NCBI RefSeq assembly: GCF_009914755.1
Contig: NC_060947.1
Reading direction: 5' to 3' (one strand)
Length of the DNA: 64,000 bases
Source of the DNA: the human T2T-CHM13v2.0 reference genome, Homo sapiens
The position numbers were made by a program, and so were the translations under genes. The stretch's first letter is position 1. Every line of letters begins with the position of its first letter. The notes under the pieces were generated by a model. It was not told the DNA's origin, did not search any database, and was given only the letters and a program-made list of their open reading frames with translations. Below, one piece after another: positions 53,919-64,000 of the stretch.

Positions 53919-54801
53919 CCTTTGATTTAATTGAACTAAATGATTATCCAGTCCAACTTTTTACATGCAGTTCTCAGGAGGAGAAAAAGCACTAAATGAG
54001 AAAGCTTCCTGATGGACAAAGCTCTCTCTCTCCTCCTGGGGAGGTGAAATGTAACAGAGGTCCCTGCTGTGACTCCCTCCAGAACAACTTGTAACTGGCC
54101 TTTTCTTAAGTGCAGACAGGCTGGGCTCCAGATTGCAGGCATTTTAGTGCCTTACCAACGGGAAACTGAGTTGAAATATACTTAGTTTATCAAGAGAAGG
54201 CAATATTGATGTAGTTTGCAATCTGACCAAGTTAATTGTTGATGCGCCTAGTATAGCAATGGTTTCCAGGCATACTCTACTGCCTACTATACCAACTTAC
54301 CATGGGTAATAAAATAAAGGAGTAGTAAATAAACGTACTAATAGTTGTATGTCATCTTATTACATGTGTAGATTCATACAACACAATCACAATGAAGATA
54401 GAGAACTGCTTCATTACCATAAAGACTTTCCTAGTACCACATTCACACCCAGCCCCCTTTCCTCCACTGTCTCTAAATCCTGGCAACTATTAGTTCTCTA
54501 TCTCTATAATTTTGTCATTTTTAGAATGTTCTTTAAATGGAATCATACAGTATGTGATCTTTTGAGATAACTTTTTTTCACTCAGCATAATGCCCCTGGG
54601 AGCCATCTAAGTTATTGCATTATCAATATTTCATTTCTTCTTATTCCTGAGTACTATTCCATAGTATGATATAATATAGTATGTTTAACCATTCACCCAT
54701 TTTTATTGTTTCCAGTTTTTGGTAATAACAAATAAAAGTGCTATGAACATTCATGTACAGGTTTTTGTGTGGACATAAATTTTCATTTATCTGAAATAAA
54801 T

Positions 54802-55508
54802 GTTTGTTGGCCACATGAATATCTTATCTTTGAGAAGTGCCTATATGTGTCCTTTGCCCGCTTTTTAATGAGGTCGTTTGTTTTTTTCTTGTAATATCCA
54901 GGATCTACAAGGAACTTAAACAAAATTACAAGATGGATAGATTGTAAAAATTTTCTCCCACTCTCTAGGTTGCCTGTTCATTCTGATGATAGTTTCTTTT
55001 GCTGTACAGAAGCTCTTTAATTAGGCCCCATTTGTCAATTTTTGCTTTTGTTGCATTTGCTTTTGGTGATTTCATCATGAAATCTTTGCCCATGCCTATG
55101 TCCTGAATGAAACTGCCTAGATTTTCTTCTAGGGTTTTTATAGTTTTGGGTTTTACATTTAAGTCTTTAATCCATCTTGAGTTAATTTTTGTTTAAGGTG
55201 TAAGGAAGGGGTCCAGTTTCAATTTTCTGCATATGGCTGGCCCACTCTCCCAGCAATATTTATTAAATAAGAAATCCTTTCCCCTGTTGCTTGTTTTTGT
55301 GAGGTTTGTTGAAGATCAGTTGGTTGTAGATGTGCAGTCTTATTTCTGAGTTTTCTATTCTGTTCCATTTGTCTATGCGACTGTTTTTGTACCAGTACCA
55401 TGCAGTTTTGGTTACTTAGCCTTGTGATATAGTTTAAAGTCAGATAGTGTGATGACTCCAATGCTAAGCAAAAAGAACAAAGCTGGAGGCATCATGCTAC
55501 CCAACTTC
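54802..55508 (-). mobile_element. Primate L1PA ORF2 internal fragment embedded in the L1M
   Basis: Close match to L1PA ORF2 ('tttcttttgctgtacagaagctcttt', 'ggtgtaaggaaggggtccagtttcaattttctgcatatggct'); no poly(A) or TSD. Confidence 0.8.
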
Positions 55509-56451
55509 TAAAAGATCATCTTTCCTCCATTGAATTGCCTTTGTACCCTTGTCAAAAATCAGTTGGCCATACTTGTATAGAGCAGTTCTGGGCTCTCTAT
55601 TCTGTTCCAATGATCTATGTATCTATTCCTCCACCTGTACAACACTAATACCAATTGTTCTTTGTATCTATCTCTACACCAATATCATACTAATATATAG
55701 CTAGAGTGTTCACACATAAATACTCTAGCTATAAATCCGGCCTAAATGTTAGGTAGAGCACTTTCTCATAGTTCTTCAAGATGATGTTGGCTATACTTGA
55801 GCCTGTGGCTCTCCATATAAGTCTTGGAACAAGCTTAAATATGTCTACAAAAACTTGCTGGGCTTTTGATAGGAATTGCATTAAAACCTATAGATCAATT
55901 TGAGGAAAAGTACCATCTCTGCTATGTTGAATCTTCCAAACTATGACCATGTTATACCTTTCCGTTTAAGCCATCTTTGATTTCTGTCATCAGCCTTTTG
56001 TAATTTTCAGTATATAGATGATTGACATATTTTGTTAAGTTTATACCTGAGTATTTCACTTTGTTTAGATTGATTATAGATGGTATTGTGTTTATAATTT
56101 TGGTTTTCACATGTTCACTTTTAGATGTACAAATATAATTAATTGTTACATGTTGATCTTGTATCCTGAAAAATTGTTAAATATATTTTCTAGTTCTAGG
56201 AGTACTTTTGTAGATTTTTGGCATTTTCTATGTAAACGATCATGTGATCTGCAAATAGGGATAGTTTTATTTCCTCCTTTACAATCTGTATGCCTTTTAT
56301 TTTATTGTCTCTCCTATTGCTCCTGCCAGAACTTCCAGTACTACACTGAATAACAGCAGTGTGACTGGACATCTTTGCCTTGTTTCTCATCTTAGAAGAA
56401 ATAATTTAGTCCTTTATTCTTTTTCTTATTAGTTCACTTTTTAAGAAAAAC

Positions 56452-56560
56452 TTTTTTTGTTTGTTTGTTTTTTTGTTTTGTTTTTTCCCTGAGACAGAGT
56501 CTCGCTCTGTTGCCCAGGCTGGAGTGCAGTGGTGCGATCTCAGCTCACTGCAACCTCCAC
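56452..56560 (-). mobile_element. 5'-truncated Alu 3' end
   Basis: (TTTG)n tail plus 'gagacagagtctcgctctgttgcccaggctggagtgcagtgg..caacctcc', then an abrupt switch to L1M sequence. Confidence 0.9.
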
Positions 56561-57594
56561 AACAAAGTTGAAAAGATAGTACAGAGAGGTACATCCTTCC
56601 TTCAGTTTTCTCCATTGGTGTTATCCTACTTAACTATAGTACAATATTAAAACTAGGAAATTGACATTGGTACAATGTGAATATATAGCTCTATGCCATT
56701 TTGTCATATGTGTAGATTGATATAACCACTTCAATTAAGATACAGAAGTAATCCATTGCTACAATGATCTCCCTCTTTCTACCCATATGTAATCACTCTT
56801 CCCCCTCCACTTCCTCCTCCCATGCTTAACCCCTGGAAACTTCTCCTCTTTTCTATATCTCTATAATTATGTTATTTCAAGAATGTTACATAAATGGTAT
56901 CATATAATGTATAGTGCTTTGAGATTTAGCCTTTTACTCTTAAGTGTCATTTTAGTTGTGCATTTTTTTTGGTAGATTTTGTTGTCAAGCTCAGGAAGTC
57001 CCCCTCTATTCCTACTTTGTGAGAGTTCTTATCACGAGTGAGTGTTGGATTTTGTCAAATGCTTTATCTGCATCAATGAGTAGGATCATGTGATTTTTTT
57101 TAGCTTGTTAATATGGTGGATTACATTGATTTTCAAATATTGAGCCAGCCTTGCATTCCTGGAATGAGCCTTTCTTGGTTATGGTGTATAATTCTTTTTA
57201 TGTATTGCTGAGATCAATAGATTTGACTAGAGTAAAGCAGTTATTACGTAAAAGTTGTCTGTCTTGCCAGGCTTCTTTTTTCTGTCCGTTTAGCTAGAGG
57301 GAAAAAAGGCTTTACTTAGGACTTCTTCTTTTCTATGCCAGTTGGTGTTTCTGGGTTGCTAGCTTCTCCAATACTCATTCTGGGGTCTACAAGGGAAAAA
57401 ACAAAACCCAGGGAACTAATTGCCATGTTGTTCCTGAGACCCGAAAGTCTGTTTGGTCTTTGTCTTTCCATGTTTCAGAGTCTTCTTGTGTTTGTTTTAT
57501 CCATAATGTCCAAGGTTTTTAGCTGTACTTAGCCATAGAAATAGGGAAAAGTACATCTATTCCATCTTCCTAGAAGGAGTATATAATACATTAC

Positions 57595-58765
57595 TTTTAA
57601 AAATATTTTACTTTAAAATAGTTTTAGACTTAGAAAAATATGCAACAATAGTACAAATAGTTATCATGTACCTACACATAGTTTCCCATCCTATTAAAAT
57701 TTTATATCATTATGGTACATTTACCACAATTAATTTACCAATATTGATACATTATTATTAACTAAAGTTGGCACATTATTCAGGTTTCCTCAATTTTTCC
57801 ATTCCAAAATTTCCTCAAATTTTGCCCAATGTCCTTTTTTTGTTCCTATTCAATACACCATATCACATCTAGTCAGGATATTTCCTTAGACTCCTCTTAC
57901 TGTGAAAGTTTCTCAGTCTTTGTTTTCAATGACCTTGACAGTTGTATGGAGGGCTAAACAGATATTTTGTAGAATGTACCCCAAGACATCTTAGTATTTT
58001 TCTGATTTTTTTATCATTATACTGGGATTGTAGGTTTTTCAGAAGAATGCTGCAAAGATAAAGTGCCAGTCTCATCATATCATATCAAGGGCACATGCTG
58101 TCAAAGTGAATTATCGCTGATGATGCTAATCTTGATCTTCTGGCTGAAGTAGTGTTTGTCATATTTTTCCACTGTAAAGTTACCCTGTTTCCCCTCTCAT
58201 ATGGTAATCTTTGGAAGGAAGTCACTATGCACATCCCACACCTAAAAGTAGGGAGTTATATCTACTTCACTAAGGGCAGAGTATTTACATACAGAGTATC
58301 TTCTGTGTGAGAGATTTATTTGTTCTTCCCCATTTCTTTGTATATTTAATCGTTTATATCATAATGGACCCAGGGATACTTGTTTTATGCTTTGGTCTAT
58401 AATTTAACAGTATTTTATTTCCTTCATTGCTCAAACTGGTCCAGCTTTTGCCATTAAGAATTCTTTCAGTTGCTCCTGTATCACATTGATATACTCCCAT
58501 CGTTGTGTGTGAGTGTGTTTGTTAACACTTCCTTATTTTCTGTCACTATAAGATGCTCCAGGCTCATCTTGTGTATTTCCTGCCCCAGTCCTAGAAACAG
58601 CCATTTTTCCAAGGAATACTGGTTCTTTTGGTTGGAGAATGGTATTAGAAACCAAGATCTTTGTTCTAAGTGTGCTTGTTGATATTGGGGTGTTGTTTTT
58701 CTAGATGCTCTCACTGACAGAATAAGGAAATGTATGTGTGTATACCAACCCATATGTATACAGAC
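57595..58765 (-). mobile_element. L1MC/MD-like 3' UTR
   Basis: Same diagnostic motif as 31680-32870 ('ccaatattgatacattattattaactaaag'). Confidence 0.8.
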
Positions 58766-60640
58766 ACATAAAACAATGGAACATAATAGAGAGCCCAGAA
58801 ATAAGCCCATACATATATGGTCAATTAATTTTCAACAAGGGTGCCAAGAGTACACAAAGTAGAAAGGACAGTTTCTTCAACAAATAGTGTCGAAAAAACT
58901 GGATCTCCTCAGGCAGAATAATGAAATTGGATCTTTATCTTACACTATACACAAAATGAACTCAGAATGGACTAATGACTTAAACATAATACCTGAAACC
59001 ACAAACTCCTAGAAGGAAACACAGGGGAAAAGCTCCTTGACATTAGTCTTGACAATAGTTTTTTGAATATGATTCCAAAAGCACAAGCAACAAAAGCAAA
59101 AATAGACACATGGAATTACATCAAATTAAAAAAACTTCAGCACAGCAGAGTAAACAATCAACAAAATAAAGAGAAAATCTATAGATCGAGAGTATATATT
59201 TACAAACCATACATCTGGAAAGAGGTTAATATCCAAAATATATAAGAAACGCAAAGAACTCAATAGTAAGAAAACAAATAATCTGATTTTGAAATGGGCA
59301 AAGAACTCTGTCTTAGTTCATTTTGTGCTGCTATAATAATACCACAGACTACTTTATAATGAACAGAACTTTGCTAGGAAGTCCAAGATTGAGGCCAGCA
59401 TGTGGTGAGGCCCTTCTTGCTGTATCATCCCATGGTGGAGGAGCAGAGAGGGTAAGAGAGAGAGAGCAAGAGGGGGCCAAATTTATCCTTTTTAAGGAAC
59501 CCACTCCTGCAATCCCTTCACTCTGCACTCCTGGCCTAATTACCTCTCATTAGGCTCCACTCCCAACACTGTTACATTGGGGATTAAGTTTTCAACACAC
59601 GTTTTTTGGAGGACACATTCAAACCACAGCAGACCTGAATAGATATTTCACCGAAGAAGTCATACAAATGGCCAACGGGTATATGAAAAAATGCTCAATA
59701 TCACTAATCATCAGGGAAATGCAAATCAAAACCATAATAAGATATCACTTCACACTTGTTAGGATGGCTATTAAAAAACAAAAGATAACAAGTGTTGGGA
59801 AAAATGTGGAGAAAAGGGAACCCTTATACCCTGTTAGAGGGAATGTAAATTAGTACAAACATCATGGAAAACAGTATGGAAGGCCCTCAAAAAATTAAAA
59901 ATAGACCTACCATACAATCCAGCAATCCTACTTCTAAATATATAGCCAAAAGTATTGAAATCAGGATCTCATGGAGATATCTGCACTCCCATGTTCACTG
60001 CAGTATTATTTACAAAAGCCAAGATATGTAAACAACCTAAATGCCCACCAAGAGACAAATTGATGAAGTAATTATTGTATATACATACAATGGAATATTA
60101 TTCCACCTTAAAAAAGAGAGAATCCTGACATTTGTGACAACATGGACAGTCCTGGAGAACATTATGCTAAATGAAATAAGCCAGACACAGGAAGAAAAAT
60201 ACTGCATGATCTCACTTATATGTGGACTCTTAAATAGTCAAACCCATAAAAGCAGAAAGTAGAATGGCAGTTGCCAGGCACTTAAGGAAGGGGGAAATGG
60301 GGAGGTGATGTTCAAAAGGTGCGAAGTTTCAGTTATGCAGAATGAGTAAGTTTAGAGATCTACACAGCGTAGTGCCTATCGCTAACAATACTGTATCGTG
60401 TGCTTAAAATTTGCTAAGAGGGTAGATCTTATGCTAAGTGTTCTTACCAAAAAAAGAAGAAAAAATATAATAATAAAGAGAGTAAGGAAACTTTGGGAGG
60501 TGATGGATATGCTTATGGCCTTGATGATGATGATAGTTTCACAGGTATATACTTATCCTCAAACTCATTGAGGTGTATACATTAAAAATGTGCAGCATTT
60601 TATATGTCAATCATACCTCAAGAAAGTGGGTTTTTTAAAA
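58760..60640 (+). mobile_element. 5'-truncated L1MA/MB (ORF2 C-terminus and 3' UTR), split by an MST LTR
   Basis: ORF2 remnants (PKAQATKAKIDTWNYIKLKK; [17 protein letters not shown]; LENIMLNEISQTQEEKYCMISLICG); 3' UTR 'gctaagagggtagatctt..ggaggtgatggatatg'. Confidence 0.88.
59309..59631 (-). mobile_element. MaLR solo LTR (MSTC/MSTD-like)
   Basis: tgtcttagttcattttgtgctgctataa...ggacacattcaaaccacagca. Confidence 0.85.
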
Positions 60641-60699
60641 GAAAGAGAAGATAAAAACCTTGAAAATCCTGTACAAGTAAATTTCTTAAGTGCAAGCAC

Positions 60700-60867
60700 T
60701 TTAGTGAGTTCAGGAATTGCTCTAATGTCCACTATTAGAAATTAACTGGGGTACTTGCAAAGGCAGGTAAAGAAGCTGCAAAGACATTTTCCTTTATGTT
60801 CATAGAAAATTATGAAGGAAGCTCCATCTTGGATGAAATTTTTAATTTTGATGAAACAGCTCTCTAG
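60700..60867 (+). mobile_element. pogo/Tigger-family transposase fossil fragment
   Basis: Manual translation of 60742-60864: LTGVLAKAGKEAAKTFSFMFIENYEGSSILDEIFNFDETAL*, matching the Tigger pattern GEAASAD.EAA..(F/Y)...IFN.DET.(L/F). Confidence 0.65.
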
Positions 60868-63404
60868 GACCCGTCTTAAAGGGGGAAACATAAAGCTCTG
60901 TGTTTTAGAGTGCAAACGTTTGGCTAATTGTGATGCTGGAGTGCGAATATCTGTGCAGATTTCCCCACACCAGTATTTTATTAGTCTCACATACGTGTTT
61001 GTTGGTGCTCTGATTAATACTTGACGCAAGTCTTGAGTGATATGCCTCAAACCTATTTTTAAGGCACAGATTTAAACATATAGTATAACAGAAGAAAAAT
61101 TATATATTACAGTTTGGTGTTGACTTCTCTGATACCAAATCACTAAATTGTGAGTATTTCCTTTCCAGGCAAATATTTTATCTCATTCACATTTGTAACC
61201 TCAACCTATAGTACAGTGTCTGCTCAATGGTTAAATATACATTATAATATAATTTAGCACCTCCACCTGATTTCCTTTGGGTCTTACTGAGTTCTTAGCC
61301 CCTGGGCATGCCTTTTTCTTCTCCAACCACTCATCTTCACATCCTGGTGAAGTAAGGTGGCCTTCTGCCTTGACATCCTTGAGATCTACCCATCAGTAAT
61401 TCAAAATTAAAAATTTCATACACACCTGCCAGTTAATAATTGATTTGGTTCAATATTTTCATGGCAGGCACTACTTCTGTATTCTGTTTGCTGTCAGGTT
61501 CAGTGATGGTTGTGAGAATGCCTAATTTGTGGTGTCTGCCCTCTTGAAATTGTTCTTATTCTGAGATGGAATTCCTTTCAGCCTGAACAACCAGCTATAG
61601 TAACTTGCACTTGAAGAACACTTAAGTTTCCAATGCATCTTCCCATATGTTATCTCTAAATGCCCCAAATGACACTGAGGATCAGACAGGGCAAATACTA
61701 TCCCAGTCTTCAAAGAAGCTCCAGAAAACTTCAATTTCTTAGGAAGCTTAGGTTCTATTCCCACATCTGCCCTTATTTCTAAATTTTGACTCCTCTAATA
61801 CAGTGACTGTATGGTGCACATAATGTAACTATGCCATGAATTGATCTCCTATTTAAAAAACCTCATTCACATATAGAAATAACAATTTTTATAAGCACAA
61901 GGTAAAACAAACTCATTTTTATGTAAGAGTTTATTTAGAAGGTAGTTGATGATTTTTAGACATTCTCCATGAACCATCTTGATTTTAGAAATTGTTAAAG
62001 TGAGAGTCAAACTTTATAAAGCAAACACATGACTTATTGCTCAAAGCTTACTATCTGCTAGATATGGTATCTATCCCAGAGTTAGAAATCTGACTGACAC
62101 ATCCTTTGCAAACTCTGACTGAGAACTGAGGATAGGTGATTCAGGGCTTGTAACCTGAGCATTTCAACCCACCTCTTAAGTAGAATATAAAATGAAGCCT
62201 GGAGAAAGCTGGGCTATTCAGTCGCCTAGTAATTCATCTTTATATATTGAGAACAAAATAGCATGAGTCAGTTTAACTATATATATGGACTAACGCAATG
62301 ATGGGCAGAAGAGTGCAAACAGATTCTTGCTGAAGACAGAGGAAATTGTGAAAATATGAAAGTACCAATAATCAGGGATAGATAGATTGATGCTGAGGCC
62401 TGATCTTCATCAAACCAGATCTCTTTGGGTACGTATTTTGATGGAACTTCCCAAGGAAGACCTTTCATTTCGGTATAAAGAGCACCAACTACTAGATCCC
62501 TCTGATTGGGTCTCTCAGACACTATTGATTATAAGATATATTATGCATTTGATAACATATCTGAGAAAATAAAAAACATTTCCTTAAAGGCACACATTGC
62601 TTTTAAAATGCATAATGATTTACAAACTTTAAAAGGTAAAAAAGTGACCACTGATAATTGAAAAAAAACTCAGTTGAATTTGTTGAATAAACGGTTGAAT
62701 GAATATTGGCTTTGATGGATAAAACTTCAAAGGGCTCTGATTCTTATCTCGTTTGTATTGGTTAAACACCAGGAAATGAATCTTTGAGCCACAGTTTCCT
62801 TCTAAAACCATGCATCTTTTGATGAAGATGTTCAGAGGAATATATGCAATTTCAGTCTTTGGGAAGCACAGATGCCAGGGAGCTCTGAGAGGCTCAGCAA
62901 CAAGAACTCATGCTCAGTTCTTGCTTAGCATCAACTTCGTGACTCAGCTCTGGACACCTCCCATCCTTGTGTCATTGTTCTCAAGTTGCAGATCACAGGA
63001 GAGCCAAATTCATCCAGCTTAGCCCATGGGTGTACCCCTAGGGTGGGAGGAGTTGAGCCAGTAGAAACAAAAATCCCACCAGCCCCATCTCCAATGGCAG
63101 GGGTGGGGAGAGAAATTTCCAAAGAAAAAATAAAGCGATGCCGTACCAAAATGAAATGGGAATTCAGCCTTAGGGAAAATTAGAAAAACTTGCCCCTTTA
63201 TGTGAGTATAGTAGAAAAGGACACCTTTTCTCCATTCCAGAGGCAGAAAATTCAATTCCCACCTATCCCTCCTTAGGGGCCATTTTTGTGCAGTGGACAA
63301 ACTGTACATATGTAGACGGTGGCCATAAGGGGGAAGAGATGTCAGATGTTTGCTACTTATGGATGCTCAGTGAAGTAACTTTGATTAAGAAACCTAGTAT
63401 TTCC

Positions 63405-64000
<596 letters not shown>

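Larger units (their letters stand above)
54335..57230 (-). mobile_element. Ancient L1M fragments (3' UTR and ORF2) with nested pieces
   Basis: Reversed L1M motifs; track ORF 56196-56390 ([26 protein letters not shown]) is the L1 RT FADD region. Confidence 0.8.

Noticed and set aside
57595-60640. Strand switch at about 58760 as a twin-primed inverted L1
   Set aside because: The two sides carry different 3' UTR types (L1MC-like versus L1MA/MB-like), so independent elements are more likely.
60870-63400. Repeat-poor stretch with short ORFs as possible exons
   Set aside because: No recognisable protein similarity, CpG island or convincing splice structure; lncRNA exons or enhancers cannot be excluded from sequence alone.

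Overview
Primate (very probably human) intergenic DNA: AT-rich, CpG-poor and mostly made of transposon fossils (Alu J/S/Y, L1PA/PB/M, L2, MIR, MaLR/ERV LTRs, a complete THE1 element, an HSMAR2 mariner and a pogo/Tigger transposase remnant). I found no intact protein-coding gene, RNA gene or CRISPR array. The main feature is a processed NANOG retrocopy on the minus strand (about 33240-34957), flanked by a 14-bp target-site duplication (TSD). Its 300-codon frame has no frameshift and a single TGG>TGA stop at the end of the homeodomain. It lacks one 15-bp Trp-repeat unit and the 3'-UTR Alu, which fits the old X-linked copies NANOGP9/NANOGP10 as I recall them. Other notable structures are a perfect 22-bp template-switch palindrome inside HSMAR2, an L1PA patch with two micro-inversions inside an older L1, an internally deleted L1PB with TSDs, and a four-element LTR nest. 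I found no convincing novel biological system. Repeat subfamily names and comparisons with human NANOG come from recalled consensus sequences and need RepeatMasker/Dfam/BLAT confirmation.
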